This document shows, piece after piece, positions 38,211-50,987 of a DNA stretch of 64,000 nucleotides. The DNA lies in NCBI GenBank assembly GCA_016748015.1, contig JAAOMT010000198.1, forward strand, positions 477,380 to 541,379. The letters are read 5' to 3'. This stretch comes from Geosiphon pyriformis uo1. Lineage: Eukaryota > Fungi > Glomeromycota. A program made the position numbers and the translations under genes. Under the pieces are notes generated by a model that saw nothing but the letters and a program-made list of their open reading frames with translations, did no database searches and had not been told where the DNA came from. How positions within the stretch are numbered: the stretch's first letter is position 1; the number at the start of each line of letters is the position of its first letter.

Positions 38211-41200
38211 GAAGAAAACCCCTTTTATGCTTTTAACTTAACTGATGATGACCATGACATGGATGAACTAGCAATCAACACCTCAGAACCAACCAGAAAG
38301 AAGAAGAAAGCCAAGGTTGATTTTGTTTTAGACCCCAATAAAGCCTTAACTTCTACTGCTGATAACAATAAGCCACCAAAGGCTAAAGTTTTTAAGAATC
38401 TTCCAAAGTTGGAACCCCCAGAAATTGTACAAAAATCTGGACCCTATTCAGTTGTTAAAGATCTCATGGAAATCCCAGCACATATTACCTTTGGCCAGTT
38501 AATGACCCACCCACAGTTCAGAAAAGATCTTCGCAAATCCTTGATTCTAAAGAAGAAGACACCAAAAAACAACAAGTGCTCTCACCAAGTTGGACTTGCT
38601 GACAACAGCAATGTCACCCCTCTGATTTGTAAAGCCCAAGTGGCTGGATACTTCATTGACTTAATTCTGGACAGTGAATCATCTGTTAGTGTCATTGCCA
38701 AACACTTCTTGGAAGCAATTGGTAGAAAGATTTATGAACCTTCCACCAGACCAATGACCAACGTACATGGTGACAAAAAGAAAAAACTGGGTATTGCCAA
38801 AGCTGTTTCTGTTCGCATCAATGGAATCAGCATTGAAACTAACATGGAAGTTTCTGAAGCCAAGAAATACACCATCATTGTTGGCAATGAATGGCTCAAA
38901 AAAGCAAAAACTTTGCTTGATTATGAACTTTGTGAATTAACCATCAGATGTGGTGAGAAACCCATTGTGGTTAAGTGTTGCCATTGGACAACTCCCCCAG
39001 TACCCAAACAAAACCAAGAAGAAGAACAATCAGATGAATCAGATGATGAAAAGAGCGATGAAGAAGAAGAACAAGAAGAGCAAGAAGAAACTGCTAAACT
39101 CGCCTATACCACCTTCACCAGCAATGGCAAACCACTGGACAATGTTAAAGCAGACAAGGAAGGAATCATTGTAAATGGCAAGCTGATCTGCTGGCCTTAT
39201 TATGATATTCTTAGAAGAACCTTTGAAAGAAAACCTGGCAAGAAAGCCAAATACAGTTTTTGGTGGCATGGTCCTTGTGCCCAGTGTTGGTGCAACAAAC
39301 TCTTGTATTCTCCAAGCAATGAATGCAAATCATGCCTGATCTATTACAGAGATTGAGAACCAATCAGTTTGATACCCAGAAAAGAATTGAAAGAAGTACA
39401 GAAGTCTTTTGAGAATGAACCACCTGAGATCCAATCACTGGTTGTAGAACAAAAAGAACCCTCCCTAGAAGAAAGAAAAATAGACATTGAAAATTTGCTG
39501 GCTAGAAATAGCCCAGTTATCTCCAAAGAAAATGATACCCCTGGACATACCCATGTAATACAACACACCATCACCACCAGAGAAACTCGACCCATCCGTT
39601 TGAAGCCTTATCAATTCAATCGGCACAATAATGAGTTTATCAAGAAAGAGATAAACTGGATGAAAGAACTTGGATTCATACAAGAAACCAAGAGTGAATG
39701 GGCTTTCCCAGTTGTAGTGGTATCCAAGAAAAGTGGAACACTACACTTCTGTGTTGACTACTGCCAATTAAATGCCATCACTGAAAGAGACATGTATCTA
39801 CTTCCCAAGATTGATGCAATGTTAGACCAATTCAAAGATGCTGCTTTCTTCTCAACTATTGACTTAACTGCTGGATTCTGGCAAGTAGAGATGAATCCAG
39901 AAAGCAGAAAGAAAACTGCCTTCATCACCAAGTATGGCACTTATGAATTCACAGTTATGCCTTTTGGTCTCACCAACGCCTCTCCCACCTTTCAATGCTT
40001 AATGAATAAAGTATTTGAATCAGTCAAGGAAAACTTTGTTCTAGTCTATTTGGACGACATAATGATATACTCAAAAACCTGGGATGAACACCTAAAACAT
40101 TTACAAAAAGTTTTTGACCTCCTCAGAAATGCTGACCTCAAGATCAACCCAATCAAATCTTTTTTTGAAAGACAATCCACCCAGTTTTTTGGTCATCTTA
40201 TCACATAAAATGGAATCTTTTCTGACCCAGCCAAAGTTGAAAAAGTCTAAAACATCAAACAACCAATGAACATTCATGAACTATGCTCTTTTCTTGGTTT
40301 GGCCTCTTATTATCGCAAATTTGTCAAGGATTTCTCCAAAATCACCTCTCCTCTCAATCAGCTACTCAGGAAAAATGTCAATTACCATTGGGGAACACAT
40401 CAGCAAAAAGCCTTTGAAACTTTAAAGAAAAAACTGGTTACAGAACCCATCCTCAAGCAACCTGATCTAGATCGACCCTTTATTCTCCATACTGATGTAT
40501 CTGGCTTTAGACTTGGTGCTGTTCTCTCCCAGAAAGATGAAGATGGCAAAGAACATGCCATAGCCTATGCCAGTAGAACCTTTTCCCCAGCAGATCAGAA
40601 CTATTCAGTCACTGAACAAGAATGCTTAGCAGTAGTATGGTCCACCAGTTACTGGAGTAAGTATCTTCTTGGTGTGAAGTTTTTGGTGATAACAGATCAC
40701 CAAGCTTTGGTTTGGCTGCACAACAAAAAGAGACTAGAACACAAATGGATAACTCATTGGATACTCCACTTGGATGAATTTGACTATGATATTCAACATC
40801 GCAAAGGAGCTAATCATCAAAATGCCGACGCTCTCTCCAAACTTACCATCCAGTGACAGAACAACCCTCTCAAACCAAACCAACTTAATTATTAGTAATT
40901 CCTCCTTTTTAACAAACACAATAATGGACTTGAACAACTACTCTGCCTTAATGAAATTTTTGGGTAAAAGACAATACTCACCAAAATACACATGACAACA
41001 AAGAGAACATTTGTGTAAACAATCAAATTTCTATTTGATTTGTTAGAACCAACTTTATAAAAGAAATAAAAAAGATCTTGACTGCCCCCAGAGAGTCATC
41101 AGATTTGAAGAAAGAGAAATTGTGATCTACAATATGCACACTGATCCATTAGCTGGACACTTTGGAAAAACAAAAACAATTCAGAAAACTCTAGCTTGCT

Positions 41201-42237
41201 ATTATTGGCCTATCTTGGGAAAAGACATTGCTGAATACATCAAAACCTGTGATATCTGCCAAAGAAGAGGAAAACCCAATCACAAAAAAGATATCCATCC
41301 AATCTCTGTTGGTTAACCCTTTGACAGAATTGGTATAGATGTTGTTGGACCTTTAACAATAACTCCTGATGGCAACAGATACATTATCACAACTATCGAC
41401 TATCTTACAAAGTGGATAGAAGCAAGAGCCACTCCAGACCAAACAGCAGTCTCAATAGCCAATTTCATTTATGAAGATATCATTTGTCGCCATGGCTGCC
41501 CCAAAGAACTTTTATCTGATAGAGGAAGAGCTTTTCTTAGTACACTTATTAAAGAACTTTGCAGAAAAATGGGAATACGTCACAAACTTTCCTCTCCTTA
41601 TCACTCCCAAACAAATGGCCTAGTAGAACATTTCAATAGAACACTATGTGAAACCCTAGCAAAAACCAGTGAAGAAACAAACTTATGGGACAAAGTACTG
41701 CCTTCAGCCTTGTTTGCTTATAGAACTGTGAATCATGACATAACAAGTTATGAACCCTTTTATCTATTCTATGAACAAATGGCAACCCTACCAATAGAAA
41801 CTGACATTGAGACAATACCCTTTGAAGAAATAACAATAGAGAATTACAAAGACATTTTGCAAAAAAGACTTGGTACCATTCTTGACTCATTAGTAGAAGC
41901 ACAGATAATTGCCTTTGAAAAGATAAAACAATTCCAAGAGAAGCTTAAGAAAAAAAAAACATATAAAACACTTTCCTTAAGTGTTGGTAACTTAGTTTTA
42001 GAATACCGTTCAGACAGAGACAATGTCTATGGTAATAAATTCTCTAGCTAGTGGAAAGGACCCTTTATAGTCAACAAAGTTTTGAACAATAGTTTTTATA
42101 TTCTTCAAGATTAATTTAGAACAATCTTTAATAATCATTCTGTTCATAGTACATAACTCAAGAAATATTATAAATAACCTGATTGGTTGTCTGTTGTGAT
42201 AATACCAACCCAAATAATCAACAAAAATTAGATATAA
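38163..42237 (+). pseudogene. A3 pol, disrupted
   Basis: ORFs 38259-39356, 39369-40208, 40266-40856, 41122-41316, 41569-42051. Confidence 0.93.
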
Positions 42238-42278
42238 ATAAATGCACCACTCCCAAAACAGAGGTATCTTCAATCGAC

Positions 42279-42868
42279 ATGAACAATTATTTCCTAGATC
42301 AAAACATTCAAAACACTTTCTATACTCTCCATGAGTACTGAATCAAAAATTATTCAAATGCTACTCTGACCATTGGAAAACAAACCACCATAACTGATAA
42401 CAGTGGAACACATACTGTTATTAGACCAAAGAAAACCACTACCAGAAGAGAAAAAATTGGTAACAAAATAGATAAGTATTTGCTGGAAAGTATAACAGCA
42501 GCAATACTTACACCTTCCATGACAATTGGAAAAATGATTAAGGAAATCTTGCCCATAGACAAAAACTTGTCATATGGAAATCATAGAAGAAATAAAGCTT
42601 ATGAAGAAAACAACTTCAGAGATACAAGTGAAAATTTTGGGCATTATACATTTAGATGTACTCTTATACAAAGATTTGGTCTCTTGGATACAAAGCTTAT
42701 TTTGCCTCAAGTACTATACACTCTATCCACAAAAGACTTCAACAAACTAGTTAGTTTTGAGTTAGACAAAACCCTTCAATTAGAATCCCTATAAATAGCT
42801 TGATTTCGCCAGAGCTCAATCTCTTTGGAGAGGATGATGTTACAGTTGAAACCCATAATTTTTATTAG
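42279..42868 (+). pseudogene. A3 ORF3, disrupted
   Basis: Homologous to 27658-28314, with stops and deletions. Confidence 0.8.
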
Positions 42869-42924
42869 TTATCACATGTATTAGTCACTGATGTTATATA
42901 ATTAGCCACTCTATTTTTAGATAG

Positions 42925-43068
42925 TGATCATTGACCTGATCAATAACCTGACTGTTGACCTGATCATTGACCTGATCATTGATCTGATCAATAACTTGAT
43001 CATTGACCTGATTATTGACCTAATTATTGACCTAGTCGTTGACCTAATTGTTGACCTGGTTGTTGACC
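42925..43068 (+). repeat. 12-bp tandem array (TTGACCTGATCA-like) in LTR U3, immediately upstream of GCTATATAAG
   Basis: About 12 units here. The array is present with variable copy number in every family A LTR that includes this region. Confidence 0.9.
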
Positions 43069-46000
43069 ACTTTCAATAGCTATATAAGCAATGAGTCTCT
43101 TAGCTGTAGAAAATCATCTCTTAGACAAGAATCAAATAAATAAAAATAACAACTTTCATCTCAATCACTCTCTTATCACTAATTTCCCTTTCCCTACCTT
43201 CAAGTATCTGAACATCTTAGGATAAAAGATTACTTGTTGGTCTTTTCTTGTTTGAATAATTGTAGTATTTGAAAACTATTTGTATAAACATGACTGAAGA
43301 GCACAAGTTGATACTTGATATTGAATTCTAAGAGCACCAACGTGAAGGCATAGAATTAATACCAGCAGTGATCAATTGTTGACAGTACGGACTATCCCTC
43401 TACTTTCAGATTCCCCAGTTACCTTTGAAAAGAATAGTGACTGAGATATTTTATAAGACTGATTTTGCACATTGAATCCATACTTATTCAATTCACTCTT
43501 TAAAGTTGAATTCTCCTTTGATTATTTCCATTACCCTACAATCCTGTTCTCTCTTGCTATCTGTTAGCTTGTTACTCCAACCTGTAACAATATTCTCAGA
43601 AGAACTTTTGACAAAAAGCCTGGCAAGAAAGCCAAATACAGCTATTGGTGGCATGGTCTTTGTGCCAGGTACTGGTGTGATAAACCTTTGTATTCTTCTA
43701 GTGATAAATGCAAGTCCTGTCTAATCTATTACAAAGATTGGGAGCCAATTAGTTTGATACCCAAAAAAGAACTAAAAGAAGTATAAAAGTCCTTTGAGAG
43801 TAAACCATCTGAAATCCAATTACTAGTTGTAGAACAAAAAAAACCTTCCCTTAAAGAAAGAAAAATGAACATTGAAAATCTGTTGGCTAGAAATAATCCA
43901 GTTATTTTAAAAGAAGGTGACACTCCTGAATGAACCCATGTGATACAACACACCATTACCACCAAAGAAACTCACCCCATTCATTTGAAGCCTTATCAAT
44001 CTAATCGATGTAATGATAAGTTTATTAAGAAAGAGATAAACTAGATGAAAGATCTTGGATTTATACAAAAAACCAAGAGTAAATGGGCTTTCCCAGTTAT
44101 AATAGTGTTATGGTTGAGACCTATACTTCTTATTAATTATCACATATATTAGCCACTAATGTCATATGATTAGCCATACTATTTTTAGAAAATGATCATT
44201 GACCTGATCAATGATCTGACCATTGACCTGACTGTTGATCTGATCAATGACCTGATTAATGACCTGATCATTGATCTGATCATTGACCTGATCATTGACC
44301 ACTTTTGATAGCTATATAAGCAATGAATCTCTTAGCTGTAGAAAAGCATGTAATAACAAGCATCTGAATAATCAAGAATAAATAAAATAACAACTTTCAT
44401 CTCAATTCTTCTCTTATCGCTAATTTTCCTTTCTCTACCTTTAAGTATCTGAACATCTTAAAGATAAAAGATTACTTGTTGGCCTTTTCTTGATGTATAT
44501 AATTGTAGCATTTGAAGATTATTTGAATAAACATAACTGAAAAGCATAAGTTGATACCTGATATTGAATTCTAAGAGCACTGACATGAGGCATAGAATTA
44601 TACCAGTGGTGATCAATTGTTGACAGTACGGACTATCCCTCTACCTTCAGATTCCCCAGTTACCTTTAAAAAGAATAGCGACTGAGATATTTTATGAGAC
44701 TGATCTCACACATTGAATCCATACTCATTCAATTTGCTCTTTAAAGTTGAATTCCCCTTTGATTATTTCCATCACCCTACAATCCTGTTCTCCCTTGCTA
44801 TCTGTTAGCTTGTTACTTCAACCCATAACATAAAAGTGGTGCTTCCTGTGAGGTTGTCAAAATTCACTTATTTTCTCATTGTATGGGTGATTATTCATAC
44901 TTGCCACAGCAATCAGAAGAACACTTTGCAGCACACAACAGAAATGACCTAGAGTTTATTGAACTCAATCTTTTGCCCTCCTGCTTGATCTGTTTCTCTG
45001 TTGAAGAACAATCCAGTAGACAATTTCAAGACTTTTGGAACTGGTTCCTGAACGAGCATTCAGCTGAAACCTACACAGCTTATACTATCTATTACTTTGA
45101 TCAAGCTTATTTTGAAGACAATTTTGAAGAAAAAAATACCAGCATCAATCAGCTCTTATACTCCACAACCTTTGAACAACAGCCCCCTAATTTCGAATAT
45201 TTGAATCACCAAATCCATATTTGGATTGCTGCTCACCAACTAGTTGAAAACTCCTTTGAAACAGAAGAAGAAAGTTACCAAACTGCTCCTATTTTTGATA
45301 TTTTCTCAAGTAAATCAGAGCACTCTACACAAACAGTAACTCCTGAACCAATGGCCCAAGATCCAATGCAAGCAAACATTTTGGCTGCCCTCCAAGGTAT
45401 ACAAACTGCCTTGGGGTGAAAAAACAACACTCCACTACCATTATTCAGAGGTGATGCACAAGATCCAATTGAATGGTTGGATGATTTTGAAAGAGCTGCT
45501 ACNNNNNNNNNNNNNNNNNNNNTACTATCTATTACTTTGATCAAGCTTATTTTGAAGACAATTTTGAAGAAAAAAATACCAGCATCAATCAGCTCTTATA
45601 CTCCACAACCTTTGAACAACAGCCCCCTAATTTCGAATATTTGAATCACCAAATCCATATTTGGATTGCTGCTCACCAACTAGTTGAAAACTCCTTTGAA
45701 ACAGAAGAAGAAAGTTACCAAACTGCTCCTATTTTTGATATTTTCTCAAGTAAATCAGAGCACTCTACACAAACAGTAACTCCTGAACCAATGGCCCAAG
45801 ATCCAATGCAAGCAAACATTTTGGCTGCCCTCCAAGGTATACAAACTGCCTTGGGGTGAAAAAACAACACTCCACTACCATTATTCAGAGGTGATGCACA
45901 AGATCCAATTGAATGGTTGGATGATTTTGAAAGAGCTGCTACAGCCAACCAATATGATGATGAGTACAAGTTTCAAATTGTTGGTGGCTACCTCCAAGGC

Positions 46001-46307
46001 TCTCTTGCTACCTGGTTCTCACAGAAAACTGATGCTAATGCCCATCAAAGAATCATTAGATAGATGCCAGCAAATGCCGGAGAAAACAACATCTCTTTCA
46101 CAACCTGGTTTGAAAACAAGTTCAGAACCCCAATCTTGATATCCAAGTGGCACATGGAATTAGAAAGAAGAACTCAAGGCCCTGGTGAAATTGTAACTGA
46201 ATATGCTAAAGCAATCAGAAAGTTNNNNNNNNNNNNNNNNNNNNCAACCATACCAACATCAATTTCTTTGGAGAGGATCCTCTAGTTGAAGCCACTGTTT
46301 ATCAGTC

Positions 46308-49300
46308 TTTAAACTGGTAGGCACACCTCCAAAGGGTGAGAGTGCAAGCCAACCAGAAGAAAACCCCTTTTTCACTTTTAACTTAACTAATGATGACCAT
46401 GACATGGATGAATTAACAATCAACACTTCTGAATCAACCAGAAAAAAAAAGAAAGCCAAGATTGATTTTGTTCTAAATCCCAACAAAGCCTCAACTTCCA
46501 CTGCTGATAACAATGAGCCACCAAAAGCCAAAGTTTTTAAGAACCCTCCAAAGTTGGAATCCCCAGAAATTGTGCAAAAATCTGGACCCTATTCTGTTGT
46601 CAAAGATCTCATGAAAACCCCAGCACACATTACCTTTAGCCAGTTAATGACCCATCCACAGTTCAGAAAAGATCTCCACAAATCTCTAATTCCCAAGAAG
46701 AAAACACCAAAGACCAATAAACGCTCTCACCAAGTTGAACTTGCTGACAACAGCAATGTCACTCCTCTAATTTGCAAAGCACAAGTGGCTGGTTACTTCA
46801 TTGACTTGATCCTAGACAGTGGATCATCTGTTAGTATAATTGCCAAACACTTCCTTGAAGCAATTGGCAGAAAAATTGATGAGCCTTCCATCTGACCAAT
46901 GACCAATGACCAATGTACATGGTGACAAGAAGAAAGGTCTGGGCATTGCCAAAGCTATTCCTGTCCACATCAATGGCATCAGTATTGAAACTGACATGGA
47001 AGTTTCTGAAGCTAAAGAATACACCATTATTGTTGGCAATGAGTGGTTCAAGAAAGCAAAAGCCTTACTCGACTATGAACTTTGTGAGCTAACCATAAGA
47101 TGTGGTGAAAAACCCATTGTGGTTAAATGTCACCATTAGACAACTTCTCCAGCAACTAAACAAAATCAAGAAGATGAGCAATCAGAGGAATCAGATGATG
47201 AAGAGAGTGATAAAGAAGATGAACAAGAAGAACAAGAAGAAACTGCTGAACTCGCCTACACCATCTTCACCAGCAATGGCAAGCCACTAGACAATGTTAA
47301 AGCTGATAGAGAGGGAATTATTGTAAATGGCAAGCTGATCTGCTGGCTCTACTATGATATTCTAAGAAGAACCTTTGACCAAAAGCCTGGCAAGAAAGCC
47401 AAATACAGTTATTGGTGACATGGCCCTTGTGCCTAGTGCTGGTGCAATAAACTTTTGTATTCTCCAAGTGATGAATACAAATCATGCCTGATCTATTACA
47501 AAGATTGAGAACCAATTAGCCTAATACCAAGAGATGAATTAAAAGAAGTACAGAAGTCCTTTGAGAATAAACCACCTGAGATTCAATCATTAGTAGTAAA
47601 ACAAAGAGAACCCTTCCCAGAAGAAAGAAAGATAGACATTGAAAATCTGTTGGCAAGAAACAGCCCAGTTATCTTAAAAGAAAGTGATACCCCAGGACGA
47701 ACCCATGTGATACAACACACCATCACCACCAGAGAAACTCACCCCATCCATTTGAAGCCTTACCAATCCAATTGCTGAAATGATGAGTTCATCAAGAAAG
47801 AAATAAACCAGATGAAAGAACTTGGATTCATACAAGAAACCAAGAGTAAATGGGCTTTCCCAGTTGTAGTGGTATCCAAGAAAGATGGAACCCTATGCTT
47901 CTGTGTTGACTACCACCAATTAAATGCAATCACTGAAAGTGACATGTACTCAAAGATGCTGCTTTTTTTTCAACCATTGATCTAACTGCTGGATTCTGGC
48001 AAGTAGAGATAGATCCAGAAAGCCAGAAGAAAACCACCTTTATCACCAAGTATGGTACCTCTGAATTCACAGTCATGCCTTTTGGTCTCACCAATGCCCC
48101 TCTCACCTTTCAATGCTTAATGGATAAAGTATTTGAATCAGTAAAAGAAAACTTTGTTCTGGTTTATCTGGACGATATAATGGTATACTCAAAAATCTGG
48201 GATGAATACCTTGAACATTTGCAAAAGGTTTTTGATCTTCTCAGAAATGCAGGTCTCAAGATCAACCCAATCAAATCTTTCTTTGGAAGACAATCCACCC
48301 AATTCCTTGGCCATCTTATTACAAAAGATGGAATCTTCCCTGATCCAGCCAAAGTGGAAAAGTTCAGAACATAAGACAACTAATGAATGTTCATGAGTTA
48401 CATTCTTTCCTTGGTTTGGCCTCCTATTATCACAAATTTGTTAAAGATTTCTCCAAAATTGCCTCTCCACTCAATCAGCTACTCAGGAAAAATGTCAACT
48501 ACCATTGGGGCACACATCAGCAGAAAGCATTTGAAACCCTTTAAGAAAAATTGGTTACAGAACCTATTCTCAAGCAACCTGATTTGGATCAACTTTTTAT
48601 CCTTCACACTAATGCATCTGCCTATGGACTTGGTGCTGTTCTCTCACAAAAAGATGAAGATGGCAGGGAACATGCAATAGCCTATGCCAATAGAACCCTT
48701 ACACCAGCAGAAAAGAACTATTCAGTTACTGAGCAGGAATGCTTAGCAGTAGTTTGGGCTACCAGCTACTGGGATAAGTATTTCCTTGGTGTGAAGTTTT
48801 TGGTGGTAACAGATCACCAAGCTTTGGTTTGGCTGCACAACAAGAAAAGGCTAGAACATAAATGGATAGCCTGCTAGATACTCTATTTGAATGAATTCAA
48901 CTATGATATTCAACACTGTAAAGAAGCTAATCATCAAAATGTTGATGCTCTCTCCAGACTTACCACCAAGTGACAGTACAACCTCCCAAACCAAACCAAC
49001 CTAATTATTAGTAATTCTTTTACAACCAAACACAATAATGGACTTGGACAACTACTCTGTCTTAATGGAATTTTTGGGTAAAGGACAATACCCACCAAAA
49101 TACACTCAACAGCAAAGAGAACATTTGCGCAAACAATCAAATTTTTATTTGATCTGCCAGAACCAATTATATAAAAGAAATAGAAAAGATCCTAACTGCC
49201 CCCAGAGAGTCATAAGATTTGAAGAAAGAGAAATTGTGATCTACAACATGCACACTGATCCATTAGCTGGACACTTTGGAAAAACAAAAACAATTCAGAA

Positions 49301-50350
49301 AACTCTAGCTCGCTATTATTGACCTACCTTGGGAAAAGACATTGCTGAGTACATCAAAACCTGTGATACCTGCCAAAGAAGAAGAAAACCCAATCGCAAA
49401 GAAGACATCCATCCAATCTCTATTGGCCAATTCTTTGACAGAATTGGTATAGATGTTGTTGGACCTTTAACAGTAACTTCTGATGACAACAGATACATTA
49501 TCACAGCTACTGACTATCTTATAAAGTGGGTAGAAGCAAGAACCACCCCAGATCAAACAGCAGTTTCCATTGCTAATTTCATTTATAAAGATATTATTTG
49601 TTACCATGGCTGCTCCAAAGAACTTTTATCTGATAGAGAAAGAGCTTTTCTCAGTATACTGGTTAAAGAACTTTGTAGAAAAATGGGAATACATCACAAA
49701 CTTTCCTCCCCTTATCACCCCCAAACAAATGGCCTAGTAGAACATTTCAATAGAACACTATGTGAAACCTTAGCCAAAACAAGTGAAGAAACAAACTTAT
49801 AGAACAAAATACTGCCTTCAGCTTTGTTTGCTTATAAACCTGTGAATCATGACATAACAAGTTATGAATCTTTTTATCTGCTCTATGGACACATGGCAAC
49901 ACTACCAATAGAAACTGACATTGAAACAATACCCTTTGAAGAGATCACAATAGCAAATTCCAAAGAATTTTGCAAAGAAGACTGGATACCATTCTTGACT
50001 CATTGGTAGAAGCACGAATAGTTGCTTTTGAAAAGATAAAACAGTTTCAAGAAAAGCTTAAAAAGAAAAAAACCTATAAAATACTTTCTTTAAGTGTTAG
50101 TGACTTGGTATTAGAATACCGTTCAGACAGAGACAATGTTTATGGTGATAAATTCTCTGGCCAGTGGAAAGGACCTTTTATAGTCAACAAAGTTTTGAAC
50201 AATGGTTCTTATATTCTTCAAGATCAATCCAGAACAATCTTTAATAATCATCCTGTTTATGACATGTGACTCAAGAAATATCACAAATGATCTGATTGTT
50301 TACCTGTTGTGGTAATACCGACCCAAATGATCAGCAAAAATCAGATATAA
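46308..50350 (+). pseudogene. A5 pol, disrupted
   Basis: LILDSGSSVS (46404-46895), VYLDDIMVYS (48075-48374), integrase 49038-50269. Confidence 0.92.
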
Positions 50351-50391
50351 ATAAATGCACCACTCCCAAAACAGAGGTATCTTCAATCAAC

Positions 50392-50987
50392 ATGAACAAT
50401 TATTTTCTGGATCAAAACATTCAAAACACTTTCTATACTCTTTATGAGTATTGGATTAAAAACTATTCAAATGCTACTCTGACCATTGGAAAACAAACTA
50501 CAATAACTGACAACAGTGGAACACATACTGTTATCAGACCAAAGAAAACAACTACCAGAAGAGAAAAAATTGGTAGCAAAATAGATAAGTATTTGCTGGA
50601 AAGTATAACAGCAGCAATACTTGCACCTTCCATCACAATTGGAAAAACAATTAAAGAAATCTTGCCCATAGACAAAAACTTGTCATATGGAAGACAACTT
50701 CTGAGATACAAGTGGAAATTTTGGACATTGTACGATTATATGTCCCAAGAATTTTGACCATTGCAAGAAGAGCCAAAACTCTTATACAAAGATTTGGTCT
50801 CTTGGACACAAAGCTCATTTTGCCTCAAGTTTTATATACCTTATCCACAAAAGACTTCAACAAACTAGTTAGTTTTGAGTTAGATAAAACCCTTCAAATA
50901 GAGTATCCCCTAAATAGTTTGATTTCACTGGAGCTCAATTTCTTTGGAGAGGATGATATTATAGTTGAGACCTATACTTCTTATTAA
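50392..50987 (+). pseudogene. A5 ORF3, frameshifted by internal deletion
   Basis: ORFs 50296-50757 and 50712-50987. Confidence 0.8.

Larger units (their letters stand above)
35931..43589 (+). mobile_element. Family A copy A3, full length, inserted in A4 pol, TSD ATAT
   Basis: LTRs 35931-36587 and 42838-43589; PBS 36594-36610; PPT before 42838; ATAT at 35927-35930 and 43590-43593. Confidence 0.96.

Noticed and set aside
45083-45942. Perfect ~420-bp tandem duplication in A5 gag
   Set aside because: The two copies appear identical and flank a 20-N gap, the typical signature of an unmerged contig overlap.
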